DNA of 64,000 bases from an uncultured cyanobacterium (GTDB taxonomy: Bacteria > Cyanobacteriota > Cyanobacteriia > Pseudanabaenales > Pseudanabaenaceae): the NCBI GenBank assembly GCA_963703315.1, contig OY969811.1, positions 1,984,001 to 2,048,000 on the forward strand, written 5' to 3'. This document shows positions 35,777-44,206 of this stretch, in pieces. A program made the translations under genes and the position numbers. Positions within the stretch are counted from its first letter, which is position 1; every line of letters begins with the position of its first letter. Below the pieces are notes generated by a model. That model was not told where the DNA came from, made no database searches, and saw only the letters and a list, made by a program, of their open reading frames with translations.

Positions 35777-35878
35777 AAGTAGCTAGGCATAAGTAAACTT
35801 AAAACCTAGAAGCTTGTGCCGCCCGTGTAGCGGGCGGCACAAGCTCTGGTTTTGGCTTTTAACTATGTTGATCTACTT
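35777..35878. mobile_element. AAGTAGCT-family MITE
   Basis: T|AAGTAGCTAGGCATAAGT...GCTTGTGCCGCCCG-TGTAG-CGGGCGGCACAAGC...ATCTACTT|A. Confidence 0.7.
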
Positions 35879-35916
35879 AATTATCTCTTAAAACTACACA
35901 TCAGGATCAATCACCA

Positions 35917-36954
35917 ATGTCAGTAACACTTGAAGATACCAAACGCACTGCGATCGCCGTCAAATTAGCAGACATGAAGGCAACTCAAAACTTGTTGATT
36001 GCCAATGAAAAGAGTTTAATTGCTGCCTGTCCAGATCGAGAAATCACCAATCGCTTAGAAGGCTTTCTCAGAGATGATCAGAAGAACTTGGGCATTATCG
36101 ATACTGTAATTGTGCAGTATGGTATTAAAGCTGAACCAAAATCGACAATGCAGCAAGAGTTTGAAGAAGTCGGACAAATGATGCAAGACTCCGATCTCTC
36201 GTTGTTTGATAAAGTGGCAAAGCATGAACTTCTCAAACACACTCAAGCAATGGCAGGAGTTCTCGTTCACAAGGCTGGTCAAGTGGTGGGAGCCGATATT
36301 GCTGTAGCGATCGCTCCTCTCAATGTGGTTAACTTTGAAAATCGTGGACATGAGGAGCAACTCAAAGGGATTATGGAATCTCTAAGTACGATGGAACTCA
36401 CAGGCAAGCCTTCTGATAGTGGTCTGTGGTCAAGAGTACAGGATACCATCGCTGCCCTAAGTGGTATTGCTGGCAGTCTCATTAGTCGTACCGACCATGA
36501 GATCACCATCTGTGATCTGATTCGACTCGATCATACTAAGGTCTTTGCTCTGTTTTCTCAGATTAAAGCCACTGATGATCCTCAAAAGCTAGAGGAGTAT
36601 TTTGGGCAGGTCTACCAAGACTTGAGCGCTCACGCTGTCGCCGAGGAGGAAGTCATCTATCCAGTTGTACGTCCTTACTACAACGACATTCAGAGCCTGT
36701 ATGACGAGCAAGCCAAAATGAAGCAAGCGTTGGAACAGATTAAAGGCATGAACTGTGAAGATACGGTGGCTTTTAAAGCTGCGGTAGAGCTTTTGGCGGC
36801 AGATGTCAATGCTCATATCAAAGAAGAGGAAGATGAAATGTTTCCTCGTATTAATGGCAGTTTTGGTGACGAACAACAGAAACAACTCGCGACAGATTTT
36901 AAGACTGCCAAAAGCAAGATTCAAGATCAGCGACTAGTATCTGCTTCTCGCTAG
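35917..36954 (+). CDS. Ferritin-like plus hemerythrin (HHE) domain protein (Alr3199-like)
   Basis: C-terminal LIRLDH...AHAVAEEEVIYP...HIKEEEDEMFP; N-terminal HELLKH..NFENRGHEEQLKG. Confidence 0.85.
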   Translation: MSVTLEDTKRTAIAVKLADMKATQNLLIANEKSLIAACPDREITNRLEGFLRDDQKNLGIIDTVIVQYGIKAEPKSTMQQEFEEVGQMMQDSDLSLFDKVAKHELLKHTQAMAGVLVHKAGQVVGADIAVAIAPLNVVNFENRGHEEQLKGIMESLSTMELTGKPSDSGLWSRVQDTIAALSGIAGSLISRTDHEITICDLIRLDHTKVFALFSQIKATDDPQKLEEYFGQVYQDLSAHAVAEEEVIYPVVRPYYNDIQSLYDEQAKMKQALEQIKGMNCEDTVAFKAAVELLAADVNAHIKEEEDEMFPRINGSFGDEQQKQLATDFKTAKSKIQDQRLVSASR

Positions 36955-36968
36955 AGTGGCTTTTAAAA

Positions 36969-37162
36969 TCTAGAAGGATGATAAGCACTTTGCGCTTATC
37001 ATCCTTAGGACTTACGCAGAATTTTCTAAGACCCTCACCCCTAGCCCCTCTCTCAAAAAGGGAGAGGGGAACAAGAAAAATCTCTTACTCCCCTTCTCCC
37101 GTTCTGGGAGAAGGGGTTGGGGGATGAGGGCAATTTAGATTTTGCCCTTATCATCTTTCTAG
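36969..37162. mobile_element. Nested composite: a CTTTG-loop palindrome interrupted by a TAGGACTTACGCA end and a C/G-rich double hairpin
   Basis: TCTAGAAGGATGATAAG...CTTATCATCCTT|AGGACTTACGCA...GGGGATGAGGG...|CTTATCATCTTTCTAGA. Confidence 0.65.
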
Positions 37163-37204
37163 ATCCAAGAAAATCTCTTCTTACTATCATTAGGAGCGAA
37201 AATC

Positions 37205-37375
37205 ATGATTGATTCTGACCGACCTTGGGAGACTTCTATAGAACAGCAAGTTATTAATGTTGGAGAATTCAACGATCGCGTCCATTGGGGTGCTTTTTTA
37301 GGATTATCGGCTTCAACATTTTGTGTTAATAGAGGCATTAACAATATACATACGCGCCACGTAAATTTTATATAA
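37205..37375 (+). pseudogene. Short ORF (56 aa), possibly the 5' remnant of a membrane-protein gene
   Basis: Manual ORF MIDSDRPWETSIEQQVINVGEFNDRVHWGAFLGLS...*; AGGAG RBS; DRVxWG resembles the N-terminus of a cyanobacterial membrane family (recollection only). Confidence 0.3.
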
Positions 37376-37492
37376 CTTATGCAGTAGATCTGCCATCTCT
37401 TGCAAATATTTTACTCAGACTTAAACTGTTCAATGCCCCTCTCACTATACATTCTCGTAGAATGAACTCTAATCAAACATAAGTAGATAACC

Positions 37493-38377
37493 ATGTCTAA
37501 TTTAGAATACAATTCCGAGCGATTTTCGGTGTTGCCACTCGCTTATCAAAATGGCATCAGCCACATCTCTAAGACTGAAACAATGCCGACAATTCAAGCT
37601 TTTCGAGGTGAATCAAGAATTCTAGAAAACATCAAATTGCGTCAAGAAAAAGGATATACATCTATTCCTAAGTCTCAGAAAGAGCCTGAAGACGACTGTG
37701 CCACCTTTAAAGGTAATCCAGAGCGTCTAGTAGAATGCCATGAGAAGTTGGCACAACATTTACAAGAAGTTGCTCAGTTGGAACAAGAAATTACAAAACA
37801 TAAGAAGATTGAGCAAGAGCTTAGACAATCAGAGGCGGAATTAATCAAGGTAAATCAGGAACTTGAATATCTGGTCATGGTTGATGCCTTGACTCAAGTT
37901 GCTAACCGTCGTTGCTTTGATGATTCGCTCCATCGGGAATGGCAGCGATCGCTACGGGAGCAACAACCCTTATCTTTAATTCTTTTGGATATCGATTACT
38001 TTAAGGGCTATAACGACCTGTATGGACATCCCGCAGGCGATTGTTGCCTAACAAATTTAGCACAGGCTGTCAAACAATCTTTGCAACGCTCCACAGATTT
38101 AATTGCTCGCTATGGTGGGGAAGAATTTGCGATCATTTTGCCTAACACTACTACTCAAGGGGCAATTATTGTTACCGAATTAATTCAACAGACAATTTTT
38201 GATCTTTCGACTGTGCATGAGAATTCTGACGTGAGCAATATTGTGACAACTAGTTTAGGAATTGCCACAATTATTCCGATGGAAACACAAAAACCGAGCA
38301 TTTTAATTGATCAAGCCGATCAGGCTCTCTACAAAGCTAAGCAACAGGGACGTAATCGATATTCTGTCTATGTCTAA
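37493..38377 (+). CDS. Diguanylate cyclase (coiled-coil plus GGDEF)
   Basis: DALTQVANRR, DIDYFKGYND.YGH..GD, RSTD I-site, RYGGEEF and ADQALYKAK motifs. Confidence 0.9.
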   Translation: MSNLEYNSERFSVLPLAYQNGISHISKTETMPTIQAFRGESRILENIKLRQEKGYTSIPKSQKEPEDDCATFKGNPERLVECHEKLAQHLQEVAQLEQEITKHKKIEQELRQSEAELIKVNQELEYLVMVDALTQVANRRCFDDSLHREWQRSLREQQPLSLILLDIDYFKGYNDLYGHPAGDCCLTNLAQAVKQSLQRSTDLIARYGGEEFAIILPNTTTQGAIIVTELIQQTIFDLSTVHENSDVSNIVTTSLGIATIIPMETQKPSILIDQADQALYKAKQQGRNRYSVYV

Positions 38378-38389
38378 GTCATCAAAAAC

Positions 38390-38438
38390 TGGCTAATAAC
38401 GAAGTGCCGCGCGGAGCGCGGCACTTCGTTATTAGCCA
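38390..38438. terminator. Perfect palindrome with a CGGAG loop after the GGDEF gene
   Basis: TGGCTAATAACGAAGTGCCGCG-CGGAG-CGCGGCACTTCGTTATTAGCCA. Confidence 0.65.
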
Positions 38439-38559
38439 ATTGTGAATATATAGTTATGTTTAAGTAGTTAATCTTGATCTATGTGGTTATATCAAGAATA
38501 AGTAAGTTATACAAATATTTAATTAAGCTTGCTTAACTAAATATAAAACCCTAAAAATA

Positions 38560-38693
38560 TGTTTGAGAAGTTTTTTGCCTATTATAAATTTCATTTTTAC
38601 TCCCCTTAACCTCTCTTTGTAAACCTACGATATACACACAAGTTGTTAGCTATATCGGGAGGGGAGTTAAAAAGTGTAAAAACTTCTCAAACA
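38560..38693. mobile_element. MITE-like element with TGTTTGAGAAGTTTTT / AAAAACTTCTCAAACA termini (IS5/IS1031-like ends)
   Basis: 16-bp terminal inverted repeat plus inner complementary blocks (TTTTTACTCCCCT/AGGGGAGTTAAAAA, CGATATA/TATATCG). Confidence 0.55.
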
Positions 38694-38794
38694 CTATCAC
38701 TATCTCAAAGTGGTGGCGATTGTTGTGCGCCACCACTTTGAGATCTGGTTATTAACTTATGTCAAAACATCAACATCTATGAGCTAACCGACCT

Positions 38795-41110
38795 ATGGCA
38801 AAGCGATCTCTACAAGCATCACCATCTGGAGTCAAAAAGGCTAAACAGCAATTTACCTCTAAAGGCTGGACACAGGAGTATCTAGCCCATGAAGTCGGGA
38901 TCAAAACCCGACAACCAATTTGGCGATTTTTTGCAGGGCAAGCGATCGAACGATATACGTTTTTTGAGATCTGTACAAGATTGGATTTAGACTGGCGAGA
39001 AATTGCGCTCAATCCGCCTCTAGACTATATCGAGCCAATTACCGATGAATCAAATATCGAAACGCTAGCACTTGATGATTTAGTGGAAATGGTGCGATCG
39101 CGCCACCGCGAAAAACTTAATCATCAATGCGGTATCTTGCAGTTATTAGATATCAATCATCCTGTTGCCCTTGAACAAATCTACATTGATGTCAATATTC
39201 TTGAACAGATCGCTAGTCAGCAATGGCTAGATATTTCTGAGCTTGGGAGCATTACACCTGAAGACGTGGATCGCTTTGGTCTAGGCAGGATTGAAGAAAG
39301 CCAAATTCCGGGGATGCAAGCGGTCGAAAGATATCACAAACTCCGAGTATTGGGTAGACCCGGTTGTGGTAAATCCACATTTCTCAAATATCTAGCTAGT
39401 CAATGCAACCATGCTCACTTTGCAGCAAAGCAAGTACCCATCTTCATTAAGTTGCGTGATTTTGCCGCCAGTTTACAAGATCACAATCCCGCTAATTTAT
39501 TGGAATTTATTCATCAAGAATTTCTCTCTTCCGATATTTCCCAACTATCAATTATCAAAAGGCTGCTGCAAGAGGGAAGAATATTACTCCTACTTGATGG
39601 CATGGATGAAGTTTCCAACGAAGAAGAGATAATTGTTCTCAATGAGATTCGTCGCTTTTTTGATAAATATCATAAAAACCAGTTCATCGCCTCCTGCCGT
39701 GTCGCATCTCAGAAGCTAGCATTAACAGGATTCACTGATGTCGAAATTGCTCCTTTTACAGAAGAACAAGTCAAAATTTTTGTGCGTAAATGGTTTGTCG
39801 AATTGAGTGGGACTAATGCTACAGGCGCATTAGCAAGTGCATCTCAGTTTATGGATAAATTAGAACTGCCCGAAAACTGGCGATTTCGGCGACTGGTGAC
39901 CACACCTCTGTTTTTGCACCTTGCCTGTTCTATATTTCACCGCGAAAAGAAGTTTCCCAACAAACAGGCAGAATTTTATAAACAAGCGATGGATCTGCTT
40001 CTCGGTAAATGGGATGAATCAAGGGGCATTGAACGCGATCAAATATATCAAGGATTTTTATTGCCGCAAAAACTTAAGCTATTGAGTCAGATTGCCTCCG
40101 CAACCTTTGAACAAAATCAATACTTCTTTGCCCAAGGTGTGGTTGAGAGACATATCAGTGATTATATGGAAGATCTTCCAGAAGCAAGCCTTGATCCCGA
40201 AGAAATTAGTCATATCAGTGAGTCAATACTCAAGGCGATCGAGTCCCAACATGGAGTTTTAGCCGAACGCGCACGTGGTATCTTCTCTTTTTCCTATGTA
40301 GCCCTACAGGAATATTTCACCGCCCGAAAAATTGTCGCTAGTCATAACCTCCAAGCCTTGGGATCATCGCTCAGTGGACTGGTAGACCATATTACTGATC
40401 CTTACTGGCGAGAAATCTTTTTGCTAACCGCAAGTATGCTCCGTAGTGCCGATAGCCTGATGCAATTGATGAAACAGGAAATTGATGCTCTAGTTTCTCA
40501 AGACCCTTATTTGCAAGAGTTTTTAGATTGGGCAAGCAAAAAATCAGAGACCAATCCAGCCGCCAATAGACCTGCGACAGGACGCGCTTTTTATCTGGCG
40601 CTGACTCGCGCACCGCATCTTGTCCCCCATTTCGCTTTGGCTTGCACTCTAGATCAAGGAGCCTTTCTGGATGCTGCCCTCGATGACTTATTGCAGAAAT
40701 GTATGCTAAGGGAAAGCCACAACTTTGCCTATGTCCATTCCTGTGCGAAGGCTCTCAGCAATATTTTAGGGATTGTGGTGGATCTAGGCTTTCATAAGTC
40801 TTTGCAAAAACTCAGTGATCAGTTACCAAATGGCGATCACACAAAGGCAAGCTTTGAGAGATGGTGTCATAAAAACTATGCAGCTTGGGTGATTGAGTTA
40901 CAGAAAGAGATCTCTACCCATCGTGATGTTAGTAATCAATGGGAGTTTGATGCTAGTCAACAGAAAGTCTTAGACAAATATTATGTTGCTAACCAACTGC
41001 TACTTGACTGTCTCAATAGTAATTGTGAAGTCACGACTAGCATTAGAGAAGAGATAGAAGCAACTTTATTAATGCCCCAAAAACAACTCGAACAACGCGA
41101 ATGGGCATAA
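38795..41110 (+). CDS. NACHT-family STAND NTPase with an N-terminal HTH
   Basis: N-terminal GWTQEYLAHEVGI.TRQPIWRFF (XRE-like HTH); Walker A GRPGCGKST, VPIFIKLR, Walker B LLLLDGMDE, SCR, TPLFL and FS...QEYFTA; helical C-terminus. Confidence 0.9.
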   Translation: MAKRSLQASPSGVKKAKQQFTSKGWTQEYLAHEVGIKTRQPIWRFFAGQAIERYTFFEICTRLDLDWREIALNPPLDYIEPITDESNIETLALDDLVEMVRSRHREKLNHQCGILQLLDINHPVALEQIYIDVNILEQIASQQWLDISELGSITPEDVDRFGLGRIEESQIPGMQAVERYHKLRVLGRPGCGKSTFLKYLASQCNHAHFAAKQVPIFIKLRDFAASLQDHNPANLLEFIHQEFLSSDISQLSIIKRLLQEGRILLLLDGMDEVSNEEEIIVLNEIRRFFDKYHKNQFIASCRVASQKLALTGFTDVEIAPFTEEQVKIFVRKWFVELSGTNATGALASASQFMDKLELPENWRFRRLVTTPLFLHLACSIFHREKKFPNKQAEFYKQAMDLLLGKWDESRGIERDQIYQGFLLPQKLKLLSQIASATFEQNQYFFAQGVVERHISDYMEDLPEASLDPEEISHISESILKAIESQHGVLAERARGIFSFSYVALQEYFTARKIVASHNLQALGSSLSGLVDHITDPYWREIFLLTASMLRSADSLMQLMKQEIDALVSQDPYLQEFLDWASKKSETNPAANRPATGRAFYLALTRAPHLVPHFALACTLDQGAFLDAALDDLLQKCMLRESHNFAYVHSCAKALSNILGIVVDLGFHKSLQKLSDQLPNGDHTKASFERWCHKNYAAWVIELQKEISTHRDVSNQWEFDASQQKVLDKYYVANQLLLDCLNSNCEVTTSIREEIEATLLMPQKQLEQREWA

Positions 41111-41167
41111 TATAGCGTTTTTCAAACAAGTAAGGTAAATAGGTTTGTTTGAAAAACGCTATAACTA

Positions 41168-41319
41168 TTAGGACTTACGCAACCCAACCAAGAACTCAAG
41201 TTCTTGGCTCAAAGCTAAAGTCAGCTAAAGCAGACTAAAAAATTCTTTAAACGAACCCGTTTCAACGGGTTTAAGCTTTCAGCCCGTAATTTATTACAGG
41301 GCTATTGCGTAAGTCCTAA
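41168..41319. mobile_element. Complete MITE with TA|GGACTTACGCA ... TGCGTAAGTCC|TA termini
   Basis: 14-bp perfect terminal inverted repeat including the flanking TA; internal hairpins (CCAAGAAC/GTTCTTGG, AACCCGTT/AACGGGTT); preceded by the TATAGCG...CGCTATA element at 41111..41163. Confidence 0.8.
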
Positions 41320-41652
41320 CTAGTTATTATGCTCTGAGAAGAGGGTATCGGCACGGCTCTTATCGTTGATATAGTTTTCTGCTAGATAGCAGATGAGGCT
41401 ATACTGTACCTCTACAGCTAGAGATTCTAGATATTCTCTCAATCTTCCCATTTGCCACTGGTGAGATAGTGTACTGAAAGACTCTGATACTAGATTATGG
41501 TTTGCTTTTTTAAAATCTCTGTAGTGATTTTTATATTTCAGAGCTTGATTCACCTTGTCATGCCCAAACTCGCTGCACAAGATATCAATTACTAAGCAGT
41601 TATTTGGACTTGCTACTACACTTTCATTAGTCCCCATTTGGTCTCCTCGCAT
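41320..41652 (-). CDS. Hypothetical protein
   Basis: 110-aa ORF with no recognised motif. Confidence 0.45.
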   Translation of the reverse strand: MRGDQMGTNESVVASPNNCLVIDILCSEFGHDKVNQALKYKNHYRDFKKANHNLVSESFSTLSHQWQMGRLREYLESLAVEVQYSLICYLAENYINDKSRADTLFSEHNN

Positions 41653-41856
41653 TCTTTCATAACTTAGGTATTGGGTTAATCTAGGAATAAACGTAAATAC
41701 TAAAAGTTATACTTAGAGCTATTTCAACAAACACAATCGTGTTGGATTAACTTAGCTATATCTTAGCTATATCAATGATTACACAAGTATTATTATTTTT
41801 ATAGAAGCAGTTAATTACTAATTTGTCTGTGCTTTAGATTACACAAAGTTGTGATC

Positions 41857-41991
41857 CAGCGCAAAGCGCTGAATTACTCCCAGAGAAACTTTTGAAAGCG
41901 CGGCTTCGCCGCACTTTCAAAAGTAAAGAACCAATTTTTTGTGACGCGGCGAAGCCGCGCTTTCAAAAAATTGCTTCTTTATTAAGCTATA
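41857..41991. repeat. Cluster of three REP-like hairpins (CAAAG, CTTCG and CGAAG loops)
   Basis: CAGCG-CAAAG-CGCTG; TTTTGAAAGCGCGG-CTTCG-CCGCACTTTCAAAA; CGCGG-CGAAG-CCGCG. Confidence 0.75.
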
Positions 41992-42071
41992 ACAGAGCCG
42001 TGATTAATTTGGCTCTAGATTGTCTCTCTTCCTTTGGATGGGGATAATCCTTAATTAAGTTTTACAACAAA

Positions 42072-42124
42072 CTCAATCAAGTAAGTGATCCCACTTCTCA
42101 AGTCAATCATTGCCCTGAGAAAGT
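42072..42124 (+). promoter_or_regulatory. Island promoter motif copy upstream of 42355
   Basis: CTCAATCAAG...CTCAAGTCAATCATTGCCCTGAGAAAGT. Confidence 0.5.
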
Positions 42125-42354
42125 GATGAGATAGAAATTATAGCTGTCGTTCTTTGCATTAGAACAAATCAAAAAATAAGAAGTGAGTGCAACTTATCTT
42201 CTGTTTTTGTGTTCTAACAAGAATAGCAAGAGCTATAGAACCGACTAGTGAAGTATGGGATGGGTTTCTCGCCGAAGGTGGAAAACAATTTTCTGTGCCT
42301 CGCTCTTTTGAAAAGCACTATATCTAGATAAATAGATATTTGGGAGAAAATTTT

Positions 42355-42843
42355 ATGTCTATAACAACTGAACAAGAGATCTTGCTTGTTGATCAAATCA
42401 ATCAGTCAAATGGTCATACAGTCGATACTGAAGGCTTACTCAATAACTATGCGATCGAGCCAGAGATGTATGAAGAAGATGGTGGTGCGGTATCAGAAGT
42501 AGCTAGTGATAGGGTCACTGTTGTCGATATTTTTGATTCTGAGACAGAAGCAAAGAACGCCATTCTGGAAATGGAACAGAAAGGTTTGCGTTCTAATCAG
42601 ATTTCTATAATTGCCAAAGATTATGAGAATTCTGAAAGCTCAATGAGTTGGCAGAAGATCTCAGTAGGTGGTGGATTGACAAAGGTTTTACAAGAATTAG
42701 GGATTAGCGATCGCGCCATATCCCAATTTGAAGAAGCGATCGCTGAGGGCAAGTTTTTAGTGATTGAGATTGGTAGCGATCGCGAAGCTAGTCAGGCACA
42801 GCACGTTTTAGAGAAATCTGGACATTCCTTGCAAGAAGTCTAA
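42355..42843 (+). CDS. General-stress (YflT-like) domain protein with a Psb34/HliA-like N-terminal motif
   Basis: VDTEGLLNNYAIEPEMY, then VVDIFDSETEAKNAILEMEQKGL...ISIIAKD; GGAG RBS. Confidence 0.75.
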   Translation: MSITTEQEILLVDQINQSNGHTVDTEGLLNNYAIEPEMYEEDGGAVSEVASDRVTVVDIFDSETEAKNAILEMEQKGLRSNQISIIAKDYENSESSMSWQKISVGGGLTKVLQELGISDRAISQFEEAIAEGKFLVIEIGSDREASQAQHVLEKSGHSLQEV

Positions 42844-42939
42844 AAGTTGTGGCGCACGCTGCGCGTGCGCCACAACTTTATAAATCTGGTTTTTAATTCA
42901 CAAAAGTGTGACCACACTTTTGTGAATTGCTATTAATTA

Positions 42940-43090
42940 CTAATGTTACGTGGAATGAATATCGCCCTCACCCCCCCAGCCCCCTCTCCCATTAAGGGAG
43001 AGGGGGAGCAAGACTAGTTTCTTGTTCCCCTCTCCCCTTTTGGGAGAGGGGCTAGGGGTGAGGGTCTTGTAAGCTTCCACGTAACATCAG
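42940..43090. mobile_element. MITE with CTAATGTTACGTGGAA / TTCCACGTAACATCAG termini enclosing a C/G-rich double hairpin
   Basis: 16-bp near-perfect TIR; inner CCCTCACCCCCCAGCCCCCTCTCCC...GGGAGAGGGGCTAGGGGTGAGGG resembles 37031..37131. Confidence 0.75.
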
Positions 43091-43129
43091 TTAATTATTT
43101 AAAAAAGAAGTATTTAAAAATAAAAAATT

Positions 43130-43627
43130 ATGATGATTAGAACCGAGTATACGACTGTTGAGTTTGATAGTGTCAGTACAGTCTCAACACAGCATTTAGA
43201 CACAGAATATCAGTCTAAACCGCTAAAACGTGATGCGATCGCCCCACCCCCCCATTTAGCAGGTGGGAAGGTGATCTCTGAAGTGATTGGTTTGTTTACT
43301 ATTGTAGCTATATTTCCAAACAAGGCAGAAGCTAAAAATGCCATCTTGGAAATGAAAAGTCAAGGTTTAAGTTCTTCGCAGATTTTGATGATTGCGAAGG
43401 AGTATCAAGCCCACGAAAACTCGATAAATTGGGAATATATTGCTGCGGATGGCGGCTTGGTAATATTTTTAACACAGTTGGGCATTGGTGTTCACGATAC
43501 CTTTGAGTTTGTCAATGCCGTTGATAGTTGCCAGTTTTTAGTGGTAGCAATCATTACCGATCGCTCTGCAAGTCAAGCCCAACATATCTTAGAAGGCATT
43601 GGACGTAAAGTTGTCTCTGTTTATTAA
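43130..43627 (+). CDS. Paralog of the 42355..42843 C-terminal stress domain
   Basis: IF.NKAEAKNAILEM...GL...IAK.Y...DR.ASQAQH.LE..G. Confidence 0.75.
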   Translation: MMIRTEYTTVEFDSVSTVSTQHLDTEYQSKPLKRDAIAPPPHLAGGKVISEVIGLFTIVAIFPNKAEAKNAILEMKSQGLSSSQILMIAKEYQAHENSINWEYIAADGGLVIFLTQLGIGVHDTFEFVNAVDSCQFLVVAIITDRSASQAQHILEGIGRKVVSVY

Positions 43628-43900
43628 TCTGTTTATTAAAAGGAGCGTGACAGCGCCCCTCGCCGCTACTCTCTTTGGGATTTTTCCTAATATCATGGTT
43701 TTAAAAGCTAAAAATGGCGTTGCCATTTTTAGCTTTTGTATTATTGCGTGAGAAAAGAGTATATTTTTTCAAAACAAACAAAAATAGCGGGTATTGCTAA
43801 TTATTAGTCAGCAATCCGCGCTATAGAGGAATTATCCGAGACATGGAACTACACTAGCGACAAACAACTCTGCCAACATCAGCTAAATTACTTAACTTTT

Positions 43901-44130
43901 ACCCCCTTTATTTCTTCCTTGCAAAGTGGGAAGACTAGAAATCTTGTTCCCTCCCCTTTGCAAGGGCTACTGTGTACACACAAACCATAAAACCCCCTTT
44001 AGTTCCCCCTTGCAAAGGGGGAAGATTAGAAATCTTGTTCCCTCCCCTTTGTAAGGGGAGGGCTAGGGAGGGGTTATTAATGAGATTTTAATCGCCTTGT
44101 AGCATAAGAACAAGGGGCTTAAGCCCCTTG
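43901..44130. repeat. Tandemly duplicated C/G-rich repeat joined by CTACTGTGTACACACAA, followed by a CAAGGGGCTTAAGCCCCTTG hairpin
   Basis: Units 43901..43966 and 43992..44075 share ACCCCCTTTA...TTGCAAAG.GGGAAGA.TAGAAATCTTGTTCCCTCCCCTTTG.AAGGG. Confidence 0.75.
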
Positions 44131-44206
44131 CCTGTCATCACAAAAGTGGCGATCGCTTTTGATCTGATAAAGTGAGGAATAATTTCGATGACAGTTGATA
44201 CGACTA

